A stretch of 64,000 nucleotides of DNA from Lingula anatina (Eukaryota; Animalia; Brachiopoda). The stretch is taken from the NCBI GenBank assembly GCA_051362555.1, contig CM120643.1, positions 3,162,001 through 3,226,000 on the forward strand, written 5' to 3'. The notes beneath the pieces are model-generated. The model worked only from the letters and a program-made list of their open reading frames with translations, searched no databases and was not told the DNA's origin. Below are positions 38,892 through 52,820 of this stretch, one piece after another (the stretch's first letter is position 1; every line of letters starts with the position of its first letter). The position numbers and the translations under genes were made by a program.

Positions 38892-40584
38892 TAGGAAACG
38901 CACGTTTTCCCAGGAACGGAGGTCCGTATGGTGTATGCATTAGTTTCACCTCGGTAATTGAACAGCCCGCTGATAATTTTTTTAAGTTGCAATTAATACC
39001 CGCGTCTTTAGGTCAACGGCCTTACAAAGGACATTTTTCAATGAAATTGCCCTCATATTGGTATCAAACTGCTCTCTTTTTCTTCTCTGTTGGCGCATGA
39101 ATTGTACCAGCAACTTCATGACAGTTTTTGTTCTTAATAAGGAACGTTGGTTGCCATAAACAGCACGGACGTCCTCCGTTGTAAATGACCTCTATCGTGA
39201 AATGTGGCGTTTGTGAAGGAAAGTGAACACTGCATTTACCAAATTCGAGACTGGAGGGGGTCGTAAAATCCGCCTTTTTGTCCGTTAAAGGTCAGCTTTG
39301 AGTTAAAATTTGATTTAAGGTCTTTATTAATCGGTCCCGTTGAGAAAATTAACTCCTATTTGAAATTGCCGGCTATTCACCCGTTTCCTTTATACGCCTG
39401 TTATAGCTATAGCTGTTTCGAGTGGTAATACGAATAAAGTAAAACTTGTACTTTATTCGAATTCCCACTCGATATGAAATGAAGGTATTGCATTCGGGTT
39501 ACCGAGGAAATGTATATCATTATATTGCAATAACCATGAAAAAATTGCAGACTGCATTCAAAACTGTTTAACAAGAACTGATCATCCGACAACATTCATC
39601 GGACTAAAGCGGGTAATCCACAGCAGATCATTTGATTAATTCCTGATCTTTTTTTCAAATCCCCGTAGAAGGCTTAGTGGTCCAAAGCTTGGATTAGATA
39701 GTCCATCTTTATTGTAGATCTGTATATATGCATCATTATTACAACTTATTTATTTCCTACAGATCCATATGGTGATTTGAATCATCATCAATTTCTGTTT
39801 TGATGCAATTTTGTCAGATGCACTTATTGAGTTATAAATATCTTAGTCATCATATGCCTGGGCGATAGTACCAAAAGTGTTCCTAGCGGCAAACTGAAAA
39901 ATTATGAAATGTTAAAATAACTACTTAAGACGGTTTAACATAAACTTGCCTTGTGTTAATTGCAGCACAAACGACGCTTAGGGCTAGGAAAGATGTAAAA
40001 CAAAATCAAGTCTGGGATATAACTATCAAAATGCCTTACTTTCTGCCAGTAAAAAAATATTAATCAGTAATATAAAACGATTGCTTAGGAGAATAAGTGG
40101 ACTTTTTCAGAATTTGTAGGCTATAATGCAGAATATTCCAGTGCTTTTTAACAAATTTTTGCTGTATGATTCTAGTGGTTAGCAGATTCGAGCGCAACTT
40201 GAAGATGGTTTTGGGGAGGAAAGAACAATTTAAGGTGCTCCTGAAAACCTAGGAAAACACAAAAACCAGTGATCAAACAATTACCAGACACTTAAATAAG
40301 AAGAATATAGCAATTACGGTGGCTAAAAAAGAAAAAACTATTTCTTGCACTTAATAGGTTTAGCACATATTGCGTAGTTTCTTATGGTTAGGCAATGGCA
40401 TTTTCCGTGCAATCGATTTTCAGCTTTGGTATCATAATCTTATGTGACAAGCTTACTCAACACAGACCATGGGTCCCTGGCTCTTAACAAGTTTCAAAAT
40501 GGTGAAATCATGAAAAGATATTTATTTGTCATTTTCGTTTAACGGTCTTATTTGGGGGGATGGATACGTTTAAAATAAAAGCCT

Positions 40585-40837
40585 CATCATCGTCATTCAG
40601 AGGCCAAAGTGTTCCACTGTTGGACAAATGCCTCAGCATGCTTCTTCCAGTGTACTGTCTTGGGCTTCACTCTTTCAGTTTGGTGTTTTCCAGTACGCAT
40701 TTAGCTCATTCCTCCATCTCTTGCGAGGTTTCCCTTGTTTGTTATTTCCATATCTTGCTGTCCATTCTGTCAGCCTTATTGTCCATCTATCATCTTTGAT
40801 TCTACTGAAATGTCCTGCCCATCTCTACTCCATTTCT
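40585..40837 (-). mobile_element. RTE-clade LINE 3' fragment
   Basis: Minus strand translates RWAGHFSRIKDDRWTIRLTEWTARYGNNKQGKPRKRWRNEL, the typical RTE ORF2 C-terminus (W.GH..R....RW.....EW......GRP..RW), followed by a TGA-repeat tail. Confidence 0.8.
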
Positions 40838-41743
40838 TTAATTTGAAGCAGCACATCCTTCACTTAAAAGCCTACATTTCCCAAAATAGGATTTGTTTTG
40901 TGTGAAATACTTACTTTTATTGCAAAAAAAACTTTTACAGCACAAACACCTCTTTTTGTTGCATAATTCATTCGGCGTTGGATTTTTAATATTTTTGTTA
41001 AGGAGGTTTGAGACATTAATTACGATTTTTTCACTGACAAAATCAGAAGTCAGCCCTTCAAAAAAAATTCCTGGCATCGGATTGAGGTACCTATTGTAGT
41101 GATTAAACAGTCGTAAAAAGGGGGTTTGATAACTGTATAAATTAGATGAATCTATTTGAAATCGACATGAAAGTTTACCTTCCACACCCACCCCAAACAA
41201 AATTGCTGTTTTCACGCCATCAGCTAGAGTTATCAAATTCTTTGCGATTTATTTGCTGCAACGGCATTATCACATAACATTACGCTGTTTTAATTGCACT
41301 ATCTATCTAAGAAAAAAGGTAACGTCTCACAAGTAACTCACGTCAATGTTATTGACATAGCCTTTACTGTGCTGCTAACGCCATCTATAAGGCGAAGGTA
41401 AAGATCAAAGGATCCTGTTACAGTTGCAGAAATATAAAGTTAATTTGATAATTTAGATCGGCAACACCTTTGATAAATGAGATCTGAACCTTCAAGTGGT
41501 TGTGGCAGGAATTGTAACATTCGTCCAATTGACTTCCCCCGATACTTCCGGGTACCCTAACCTGTACTAACCTTATAGGATCCCGGACTTTCTCGTAATT
41601 CTAGGACTTCATGTAACATTTCTATCACGCTGTTTTGCGTGAGCTTGAAGTGTAGCTGAAACATCTGTTTGCTACCTTATTGTATTGTACATCATACTGA
41701 TAAAGTTGGAGTTATACATACTGGGTAAAACATTTCATACTAA

Positions 41744-42183
41744 GGGTGCTTTCCCAGAGATTTAGATCGATCCAGAGATTTAGATTTACACCCCATTCTC
41801 ATAGATTAGATCGACCTACATTGGATCGACCTAACTCCCTGGGGGTTCACGCTAAATAGCTGTCAGCCGGGCGGACACGAAAGTTAATTACCCCTTAAAG
41901 CTTGTAGTAGGCGGGGACGGACACTTAAGGGGGATTATCTGACAGTAATCTAGTGAGACTCCCCGCGGTGATAGATCGATCTAAAAGTTGTGAGAACAGA
42001 GCCTTAGATCGAAGTAACTCCCCGGGGGTTCACGCTAAATTGCAGTCAGCCGAGCGCGCACCATAGTTAATTACCCCCCTTACAGCTTTTAGTAGGCGGG
42101 ACAGATACTTAAGCCGGCTAAGCTGACATCTAGTGAGACTCTACACAGGGATAGATCGATCTAAAATCTACGGGAATGGGGTC
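41744..42183. mobile_element. Nested pair of GATCGATC-family MITEs (inner copy 41789-42003)
   Basis: Outer copy flanked by TAA (41741-43 and 42184-86). Inner full copy flanked by TTA (41786-88 and 42004-06). Confidence 0.78.
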
Positions 42184-42550
42184 TAAGTTACACTAATTCG
42201 TGAAACTATTATATGTATTGTCTACGATTATAAAACATGAGAAAGAATTGGACACTTTTTGACGCTCAAAAATACAAATTTTATCTTTCTTGATCAAACG
42301 TGATCAAAACAGGCTGTACATTAATTTTTTAATTTAACTCATCTTTCTCTTTTTACTCCTTTGCAATTTAACTAGTTGTGTTTACCTCTCTTTTAAAGCC
42401 ATGTTGCCCTGAGCAAGCATTTACATTAGCTCTCTGATATCCATCAAATAACAGATACTACAACCAATAGATTACTTATACTTTTTAGTTTGCTCTCTTC
42501 ATTACAGATAAGCTACCCGAGTCATGAAGTAATTGCTCGCCTTGTTCTGG

Positions 42551-42713
42551 TATAACGTGACCAGAGAGTCCCCCATGATAGAGTCTTTTTCCCATTCATT
42601 TGTACAGGTGAACCTCTCCCTAGGTTTTGACCCACTTACGTTAGGCTAACCCTAACCATTATAACTATATGGAGGGCGGACTTTCTGTTACCCGGACCCT
42701 CAGTTTCGTTACA
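42551..42713. mobile_element. Short TGT...ACA-type element (Ginger-like, non-autonomous)
   Basis: ctgg|tataacg ... cgttaca|ccgg. Shares cccatt..tttgtacagg and ccctaacc with copies at 30051, about 41513, 55662 and about 57620. Confidence 0.45.
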
Positions 42714-43286
42714 CCGGTATGTAATATTGGATAAGCATGGGAAGGAACACACGTCACAGTAAGTCTAGATTTCATTTCACGTTTATAAATATTGAAAGGT
42801 ACAGTGTGAAATGTTTTTTAGACTTAAACTACTACACATACGTGTTGAGATATTATGGGGAATATTTTTTCGAGACGCCAATACAGACAAGATAGAGACT
42901 TACATTAGTATAAAATCAAGTAAAATGATGCAGGATTTAGAGGGGAAAGGAAAAAATGGCAGATCTTGTGTGTCCTGTACAACAACAACAAAAAAAATGA
43001 CAGAATCATACACAAATAGTTTACAGGTAATTTTCTATGAAGTTCACAGAGGCAGTGTGAGTGCGCCATGCTGGCTATTGCACATCACTAAAGTGTAACT
43101 TTCTAAGGCGCAAAAGGCTGCATCTTTTACGTTTGCAAATTACCCCTTTCCTCGACAGCCTCGGTTAAAGCCACCTCACATAATTTCCACAAAGACCTCA
43201 TAGTTTGAAGGCCGGGAACCCCTTAAAGCTTGCTAACACATGAAGTAGGGTGACGGGCAATAACCAATATCATATGTACGCATTAA

Positions 43287-43511
43287 GGCTTCGTTCACAT
43301 GGAAAGTGTTTTTTCTAAAAATCTATTTTCTATTCGCGGTATATCTTGTGGTCACGGTCTGTGCCCTGAATATCCCGCGGCGTAATTACTGGCAGCGCGA
43401 GCCAGTTACTTCCAAAGCTGTAATTAATTCTCAGGGCACAGACCGTGATCATAAGATACCGCGAATAGAAAATAGATTTTTAGAAAATAGACTTTCCATG
43501 TGAACGAAGCC
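43287..43511. mobile_element. Almost fully palindromic PIF/Harbinger-type MITE
   Basis: About 80-bp inverted arms starting ggcttcgttcacatggaaagt. TAA TSD at 43284-86 and 43512-14. Confidence 0.85.
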
Positions 43512-44926
43512 TAAGTCACAAGCACCTGCTTAAGTACTCCACGCATAATGACAAAAAAAAAACGATCAAGTACAGAAGTACAGAATAAAACTGTCGATTT
43601 TGCAAAACCAGCTGCTGCTCTCTGAAAGTGGAATGATTAGTTTAAGGCAAAATGAATGCAGTGTTCCCGCCATTTCACTCGACTCCTCACCCCCCCCTTC
43701 CCCCCCGCACCAACCCAACCAACAACCCATCCACCGATCCCACCCAGTCGGTAGTATATATATATATATATATTGATCGTCCAACTTTTAGTTACAACTG
43801 TACCATTTCACTACTAATCGAGATCAAATTTCTTGCAATTCGTGAATCTGTATTACCGCTTAATGACGCAGCATTATAACAAGCTGTCTTGCTCAATTTT
43901 ACAGATAAGTTCAGCACTTACGAGGATTCAGAACATCGAAATGTCGGTTCTAGGAAAGAACTTCGCCCCAAAGTTGGTATTTACTTGAAGAGCCATAATT
44001 AAGCTCTACTTCGATCCAGAAATATCTATGGTACATTGTACAAGTAGGAAATTCGTATTTCTATAGGTTCAAAACAAAAGTCATTTTTGTTTAACTTAAA
44101 TCTTATTTAGGTGGACTATACCTAACTTACCTTGGGTCAGAACGTTTGGTATTGAATTTCAACTCAACTTTCAATTTTTTTTCTCCTTAAACTGGACGTT
44201 GGCTCTCTAGATTTTTTCCTCATACCCGGAAAGATGAAAAATCGTAAAAAGTGAATGATAACGAACGCCGCTATCACTCGAACAAGACCTGCATCCAGTC
44301 ATTCAGCGCATGGTGGCGGATGGAGATGCTCGGAATATTGAATCGATCTTTTTGTTGTCGATCGGTTGTGGCCAATGCAGTATTGAAAACCCAGTTGTTG
44401 GCAGTATAGACACGTAAGCAAACGTGCGTTGAAATATCCGGACATAATATATAAACTTCAGACAACCTCTTAAGGCTAACAAAACGGCATTTACCAGAAG
44501 AAAACAAGAAAATAATTCCCTATATAAATTATCAAGGACACATCTAAATGTACATTCGTAGATCGATCCGCTTTGCTTAAACCCATCTAAGACGTCTTTT
44601 TTTTCTTTTTAATTTTTTCGTTCTTCTTAGACAATGTTTCTCTAGCATGGTTGCATAGTACAGTGCCTCTTAGAGAATCAACGAACCCTGTTACCTACAT
44701 TCACCGATGATTTTAAACAAATACACTCCCATCGGTGACAATTATTATTAGATAATGATGGTATATAAAACCTACATTACGTTTTAAATCACTTACCTTG
44801 CGCTACTTTCAAGTTCAGCCACTAATTGAAGGAGAAATTCCTCACCAGTCGTTTATCCGCGATGTTCTGCTTGCGTTTACTTCTTTATCATGTCATACTT
44901 TCAAAAATTATAAGGCCAAACAAAAT

Positions 44927-45276
44927 TTAAAGGGATAATAACTCTTCGTATGAGATCTATATTTCACAATAAAAACATTGTGAATAACTCATAGAAATAT
45001 AATATATTCTGTTTTACCACAAAAACGGCAGTTACAGCTATTATTCTGATATCTGAGCTTGTCTTTAGACCACGTGACCTCCATTGATGGCTATACTCTG
45101 TTAAAATCTCTTAAGAGATTTTAACAAAAAACCAAACTTTTTAGAAAAAAACCAGGGACTAACTTTGAATGTAAAAATGGATTCATTAACCATTGGTAAG
45201 TGTGGGGAAATTGTTATTTACTCCAGGATAATTTTTTTTTTTTTTTGGCCGAAACGAAGAGTTATTATCCCTTTAA
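44927..45276 (-). mobile_element. TTAA-flanked MITE (Kolobok/piggyBac-type), copy 2, inverted relative to copy 1
   Basis: Reverse-complement match to 14761-15107 along its whole length. TIR agggataataactcttcgt with TTAA on both sides. Confidence 0.85.
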
Positions 45277-48200
45277 AAACATACTTCACGAAAGTGACCG
45301 AACATAATTTTCAAATGGAACAAAATAAAAAAAAACCCATGTTGTTTGTATGGTCAAAATTCGCCCTTGCTTAGGATATAACAACCTCTCTCTAAAAGGC
45401 AACAGAAACACCGATCGACCGTAAAATTTAGCTTCTATTCCCGTTAAACAACGTTTTTTTCTACCGGCCCTGTTTTCAAAGCCGCCTGTCGTTGGCCAGT
45501 TTATACATTATGTCTGGTCCAAACAGTGCCACCACGAGTGTTAGCGTGATAGCATCACTTAACATCGAAACACTTGTAGATTTAAATCTACGAAACGTAG
45601 GATCTTGTAATTCGTCGACATCACGCAAACAGTTTTGCACCTTTAGGTTTTGGCTGGATGCATTTGCTTAGTTACATGTATAATTGTCAGATGTGTGTAA
45701 ATCGTATGCGCTCTTTTTTTTAATTCGCCACAATCCATTAAAACAGGTGTTGACAAAACTAAAATTCAAACAGTGTCCTATACTGCAGTTCAGCAGCATA
45801 TTTTATCAATATTGTAGGGAAGCAAGGATTCTCTCCCTGGTAGTGGTGGTCGTTTCTCCAGTCCCGCGTTTGCTAAAACTTGGATAAAACCTGTGTCGTT
45901 CCTTTTTACTGTATTCGCTCACGTATCTTCCCTACATAAAGATACGTGTCATTGGCCACATCCTTGGCCAGCGTGTACCGATACTTACTGCGAACTGCAT
46001 ACTGCGAACCACAGACAGACAGACAGGCGGTTTACAACATTTGTAATGAAAATTTAAATTAAGTGTTTTAATAGATACATGCATATATGCACAGCCCAAT
46101 TAAACCAATAAATAAATAAAATGAATTGTGAAAGGCATGGAGGGGGGATTAAGTTAAACAAGGGAAACTATAGCACAAATTGAACTTTGGGGAAATAAGT
46201 TAGCGTGCGTACGAATACACAGTGCAGCATACACATGGAGTTGCGTGCTGTATAGTACATGGACATTGATCAAGCTTGACGCACTACAAGGTCCATTACT
46301 TATGTGTTTATTTCACTCCTGGTCGGCATTCGTCTTTCATGTCACCGTTTTATGTCACAGTTTTTTTTTTTTCAAAGAAAATGCCCCTTTAAATCCATGG
46401 GTAAAATAAGGGGGGGCCTCGACCGCATAAAACTAAGTACATGTAGCAGTGCAAGGGGGTGCAAAATAAATATTTCCAAAGAAAGAATATCAGTAAAAAT
46501 ATTTTTGCAAATAAAATCAAGATACATGTGATAAGCTGAAATCAAAAGAGACTTTGATAAGACTCAGTTAGCTCTGGCATGCTGAAAACAGTTGCAATGA
46601 CACAATTTGTCTTATTCATCCCTTGAAACAATGGACTTCTCATAACTTTTTAACGTAAATGTAATTATGAATGCCGTGGGCATCCCCATATCTTCTCATT
46701 GACGTGTGTGATGGCATTCATATTTTTCGTTAACAGCCAAGTCAGGTAGTCAAATTCTTACCCGTAGACGTAGGTCTACATACGCAGAATACACATTTCA
46801 ACAAGGTCTATGAAGAGGTTGCTTAACAGAGGTCAGAAAATATTTGAAAAGGCTTTAATGCTTCTCGTATTTCCACACAACAAATTGGGAATTCCTTATC
46901 TCTTTAAGAATATACTTTTTTAAGTTCGCAGTTTTTTTCTAAAAAAAAAAATGCATGGTATTATTTCATTTACTTGAAAAAGGTTGCTTTTGCCTGCCAT
47001 TCATAAAACTAGAAGAAAACAGTCGGTTTAGTTGCAATTGTATTATTCATGAAAGCCAATTTGTTTTGCAACATACGGCGTTGCAAAGTGAATTCAGCTT
47101 TATGGAGACTGCATTTGTCTTTGCAAAAATGAAATACAATTTGGAATCTTTTGCATATGCAGCTATCGGCGAAGAGAATTTCACTTCCTGGTGATTCGAA
47201 ATGTCTTTGATAAAAAAGGCATACATCCTGGAATCCAATTTCTATGCAATACTCGGCGTAGCAAGGACAATTTAATACCCAGTAACTCGAGACGTTCAGC
47301 ATTCTGTCTATACGAATGTTGCACAAGTAACGTACCATTCCATTGAAAATGGCGTTAGACAGACGTCATATGTGTCTAGAAAATACGTTTCGAAACAGAT
47401 ATCAAATGATGAATCGCACATTGTTACTCCTAAAGGGAACGAATTCATAAAGAATAGAAGCAACAGCAAGAAACGCATCGTTTCTACTCAGTAAGCACAG
47501 TAACAGCTCCAATGTTTATCTACACACTGGGGATGGGCGCATAGCTACATGTAGGTGAAGAAAAAAAAACATTTTACTGCTACAGTACATGTCTTTGCTT
47601 GTCCTGTCAGTTAAAGGCACGCAAATAGTACATCTGCCCCAACCTTTATAACGGCAACATTGATATGAAATTCTAAATAGATCATCCAAAAATTGAAAGA
47701 TGATTTAACCAATCGTCAAAGGTGAAGTTCACAAGGTGTTGGCGTAATCAAGAGCTACATGTAGTGGGTAGTACACTGTACCATATACATGTACTTTTCT
47801 TGAACAACAAACATTATCGCTGCCCTTTCAGAGGAAATGATCCGAGAGGAAATGATTCAGAGAATGGATCCGAGTTGATTCACTTAAGTGAATAGGTTTA
47901 TTTCTGGCTCACATTGTTGATATGTTGAACCGATTAATTCTCTCACATTTATTAAAATTACAATTTAGTAAGTCTTCCAAATCACGCGTTTTTACGGTAA
48001 TTCGCGAGACTTTACTAACGCGTATGGTTCCAAGTGGTTTGCAAGGCCTTCAATCTTTTTTATAGCAGGATTGCTGTTTGTAGGGTCTGAGGTAATTTGA
48101 TCAATTCTTGGATACTCTACAAAGCACTCGCCGATTCTTATTCCCTTGTGGTTTTCAATTAATAAGGTTACGTAAATGTCTTTCCATCACGGTGCCTATC

Positions 48201-48828
48201 CTCGGAAAAGTGATGTTATGGATGTAGGATAAAACCGATTTGTTTTGGGAGAGCGCCATCGTGAGAAGTGATTGACGGCAGGCCAATACACTAAAGAAAA
48301 AGGTTGATGCATGATGAAATAAATAACACCACTAATGACATAAGAAGTACGTTGAATGATGGGAAATTAATGAAAAAGTCTGCAGGGGATAGGTATTGTG
48401 GTGAACATTAATATGGTGTCATTTACTTTGAGCTCAAATAGACCAAAGCAAAATTAATCTCAATTTCGACATCAATCGTAGTAATGAGACTTTTGACTGC
48501 GCATCGGTACTCTACAAACAACTTCCTGCTTCCGACCTCAGCTGGGGGCGGTTTCATAACTAGCTTTGAAATGTTGGTTAAGACTTTTGGACTACATTGT
48601 AAGTCCTGGCCTTCTTTCCAAGACAAGTCCTTATATGTTTAAAGTATGTATTGGTCTAAAACATTAGCCAAATACATCTTCGTTGACTACTGATTAACTT
48701 GAGTCGAAATAAACTGAAAATTTGGGCTAAAGTTTTAGACCAATTTTTGGGCTAAATTTCTTTAGTGAACCCTGCCCCGGCAGTCATTTGCTTGTCATAA
48801 TGGTCTGAACCCTGCATTGATGTGTTTA

Positions 48829-49080
48829 ACCTCGTTCCCATACCTAGATCGATCTAGAAGGATCAACCCATCTCCGAAGGGTGTCTCGCTACATTACATC
48901 CAGCTTAAACGGCTCTGATGTCCGGGACGCCTACTGAAGCTGTCAGGGGGATAATTAATTATCGTTTAGCAGCTCTAGTACGCGACATCTAAGGACATTA
49001 AGCTGAATGCAATCTATAGACAATCCCACCGGAGATGGGTCGATCCTGCTAGATCGATCTAGGTATGGGAATGGGGTCTC
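48829..49080. mobile_element. GATCGATC-family MITE, copy
   Basis: ttcccatacctagatcgatctag ... ctagatcgatctaggtatgggaa. Inverted relative to 28765-29020. Confidence 0.78.
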
Positions 49081-49771
49081 TGATTTCAGATTAGAGCCCG
49101 GCTGAAGAGCACGACCTATGTCATAAAATATGAAGGTCGTAGATGAAAAATGATCATATTTCACCGGTGAAAAAACTATAGTACTAGTACATGTAGATCA
49201 ATCCCTTATCAGAAGCTTTGACTTTTTTTCCGTGAGTCAGAAAGCATCTTATGTAAAATTTAATTCCTTGCGTCAACAGACTGAATAAATGCTAGTGGTT
49301 ATAACTAAACAAAATTTATCAAAAGTCCAAGTTTAGTAAGCATAATGCACATTTTGCCTCTATCTGATGGGAAGAAATTCGACAACAGTAAATTTTCTCT
49401 CTGTGAGTATCCAGTCTTCTTTTCATCTTTATTTTGAAAAAAAGTCTTAAGTCTTAGCTAGTCAGCGTTTTACCATAATGTTTCCCCACAATTGCTGGTG
49501 CACCCTTTAAATTGTTTACTTTTAATCATAAATTGCGCTAAAATAGTCAATATATAGTCTGACTGAAAAAATGTCGAGCGTACAGCTCTTTTGTGTGAGA
49601 TGTTACTCGTGGACAGAAGAACCGTCTCCTGATAATGCGCAACAAACGCAATGTCGGTCAGTAAGTAAGACCCCGGGCTCTTATATGCCATCGGTCTATA
49701 CGTGGATCGACCTAACTCTGCTGAGATTCTCGTTAAGTGCTTACGGCTTTTCAGCTTTTACTTAAAACTAA

Positions 49772-50010
49772 GACTGGATTCCCATGCCTAGATCGATCCA
49801 ACAGGTTCCATGGGGATTCACGCTAAATTGCTATGAACTTAAGCGGCTGTCACGCCTACCGAATCAGCTAGGGGGTAATTAGCCTTCGTGCACGCTCGGC
49901 CTCCGGTAGTTAATTACCCCCTAACAGCTTTAGTAGGCCCGACAGATATTTAAGGCGCTTAAATTGATAGCAACCTAGTGAGAATCCCCTTGGAGATAGA
50001 TCGATTCAAA
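49772..50010. mobile_element. GATCGATC-family MITE, copy
   Basis: Family motifs ggattcacgctaaattg, agttaattaccccctaacagct and ctagtgagaatcccc. Confidence 0.7.
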
Positions 50011-51024
50011 GTTAGTACGATAGTCTCTACGAATGGTCTCTGAATGACACGCTTCTCTTGTTTCCAGCATGCTCTTATAATAGCCGGCTTTTCTGTATTC
50101 TACTGTTGAACCACCAGGAGGAGGCGTAGCATTCATTTATAGTTCCCTTATCTTTGTAAATGATTTACTGTTTTATCATCATTTCACAAGAGTCATTGAA
50201 AAGAAAATTATTTTTGGTCACCATTACTCATCTTATTTAGAATAACGTATGAAATTCTGTGTGTTACAAAACGTACTAGTATCTCTGCCATAGAGGTTTT
50301 CGTCTTGGACTATCAATCAGGTTTCGTGTTTTTTCATAGTTTTATAGGTCCTAGTTTTGGTATATCGAGGCGACTGATAAAAGCGGAGTCAATATATTGA
50401 TAAAGAATACAATAGATCGACGTAACAAATACAACAAATGGGAAAGTCAAAATTCTTCAAACCCATGAAAATTATTCAGAAAAAAAGATCTCTACCCTGC
50501 CTTTATACACATACTTATTATTATTCTGCATAATAAATAATTTATCTGGAGACATGTACCAAATAATGTATGTATGATTTCCCGCGTTCTTGTCTTTTTT
50601 TCAGGCTGCGCCAATCTTTCAATAACCCTTCTTTATCTGCACGTAAATTAACCATTATCACGCCACAATGTAATGAATGCAAGTCCTTTAAACCGTGTAT
50701 TGATTTAATCGCGGACTAAATAGGGGTTTGTTTGCGGCGTTTAAGGAAAAAATGTCGATAAAGAAGTCTTTTCTTTGGATATTCTCAAAAGGAATAGTTA
50801 TCACATGTATAGACTACGTGCGGTAAGTATCTCAGCTTAAACTGTAATTACCAGTGCCAGCTGACAATGTCTGATAGGCTGCACTGGTATTATATATTGT
50901 TGAGGTACCGGTATATTCAATTTTGTACACACACCCTGAGATTTTTCTGCATATAATATGCTCCAATTAAATAAAGCACTGCCGTATATCTAATGTCAAA
51001 TACAATCCTTAGCTATTCATCATA

Positions 51025-51284
51025 TCAAGAAGTCTTTTTCTCCGAGTTTTCCTTGTTTAAACTATCTGTGACATCATCAGTTCCGTCCTCAGCCTGACTA
51101 TCAGAGACGTCTGATAGATGCGCATGTGCGGAGGTTGGCTGCTGTTTTTCCGGAGATATTCTATGAGAGTCGTCCACAGCTGCTGCCTCCAGTTCCTTGG
51201 ATATCGAAACCAACCTCTCATATTTAGGGATGTGTCTGTTTTCTGCGCTGTGGTGTATTCCGTACGCAAAATATATCACCATTC
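51025..51284 (-). CDS. SLC7A4: SLC7/CAT transporter, last coding exon (GMVIYFAYGIHHS...stop)
   Basis: tttcag acceptor with compatible phase 1. G..IYF.YGI.HS is the conserved CAT C-terminal motif. TGA ends at 51025. The spliced CDS is 1635+109+260 = 2004 nt, about 667 aa. Confidence 0.88.
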
Positions 51285-52047
51285 CTGAAACGAGAAGGGA
51301 AAACAATTGTATTTGCCTGAAAGCAAACCCCGATGTGACAGGCATGACAGTAGCTTGCTTGGAACCGTAGTCCATTTCTCATTACTTAAAGGTACACTCT
51401 ACAGGGGGGTGGGGACCCAGGGATATTTTCTAAAGGTCTTGCAAATTATTTTTGTTGATTCAGCCTACATTTCTGACCGTCTTCATACAGAAAATAATTA
51501 GATACCCGTAAGTGTAAACTTGAAAATCTAACCGCATTCCGTAAGACCCAGCAGGCGGCATCAATCCACCCATGATCTATGATATTTACCTGCCAAACTG
51601 GATTTTCCCGAAAATATAAGCAATTTTAATTTCTCGTACTCACAAGTTAATTATCTGTCTCTCTTTATGCTTGGATTCAACCTTTGATGAATTTCATAAA
51701 GGTTGATTTTAGCTTAAAATGACTGGCAAGTCATTATAACAGCGAGCATTTTCCTATAAGCTCCAAGGGGAAACCGTAACATGTACTTATAACATGGGAC
51801 TCTGGACGGCTTTCTCTGAACTACCACCCCTGTCACACCGGACAACTTGGCGCAGTAATCAGCAATGTGTTTGCTGTTGCGATTTGTGCATTACCACCTA
51901 ACACACTCAAATGTCCGATCTAATGAAAAAACATTCAAGACACGATGTTTTGTCGCGCGATATTTTACGAACATGGGTTGGGAGAGAGGGGGATGACATT
52001 TCTGCAACAAAAACAACAAAAAAGGTGGTTTAGACGTAGCTACTCAC

Positions 52048-52156
52048 CAACCACTCCCCATATAGCCAGTCGCAGCCACGTCATCCAGGACAGGTACATC
52101 ATCATGGCGATGTTTACCCACATACTGAGGGCAGGGAGGAGAGGCACCAGAGGCAT
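52048..52156 (-). CDS. SLC7A4: SLC7/CAT transporter, second coding exon (MPLVPLLPALSMWVNIAMMMYLSWMTWLRLAIWGVV)
   Basis: tttcag acceptor and gtgagt donor. 109 bp, phase 0 to phase 1. The peptide matches the CAT C-terminal motif P.VP..P..S...N..MM..L...TW.R..W. Confidence 0.9.
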
Positions 52157-52592
52157 CTGAAATATATATGTCAATATGGCGTGTTAAAGTAAAATGTCTT
52201 CACCAGTCAGTAATTTATCCTGGAGGATCGGTGTACGCTGGTCATTTATGGATACATTAACCAGTAATTAAATATTGTTATCTTTAATTTGTGAAGAGAT
52301 CTCGTCAATTTTTACCCACTTATAGTAGTTCTTAACGTTAAGTACCTTCTGCAAAGGTACGTTAAAAGACTATATCTTGTTCATTTGACATTAGCCGAGC
52401 ATTTGGTAATAAGTATTATTTTCACCTTTAATTCGCGTTGAAATGCATTCATTATTCAAATGGTAGTGATTTCAATACTTATAAAGGGCAAAGTGCTATT
52501 TAATATTAGGACAGGCAATCTGAAAAAAGTTTGACCATGTTAATCAAGTAGATCGGCACTCAGACACTAACCCGTGAGGTTGATTCTCATAT

Positions 52593-52820
52593 AGGGACCA
52601 TTCCCATAACCCAATCGTACTAGTAGGATCGATCTATCTCTGAGGGGATTCTCTCTAATTTGCATTCAGTTTAAGCGTGTATGAGAGTGAATTCCCCCCA
52701 CTAACAGCTTCTGTGGGCGTGACAGACATTTAAGCCGCTTAAACTGAATGCAATTTAGTGAGAATCCCCTCGGAGTTAGATCGATCCTGCTGGTACAATA
52801 GGTTTATGGGAACCCACTCT
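52593..52820. mobile_element. GATCGATC-family MITE inside the SLC7 intron, about 45 bp from the splice donor
   Basis: ttcccataa...aggatcgatct ... agatcgatcct...ttatgggaa arms, with inner arms ttgcattcagtttaagcg / cgcttaaactgaatgcaa. Confidence 0.75.
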
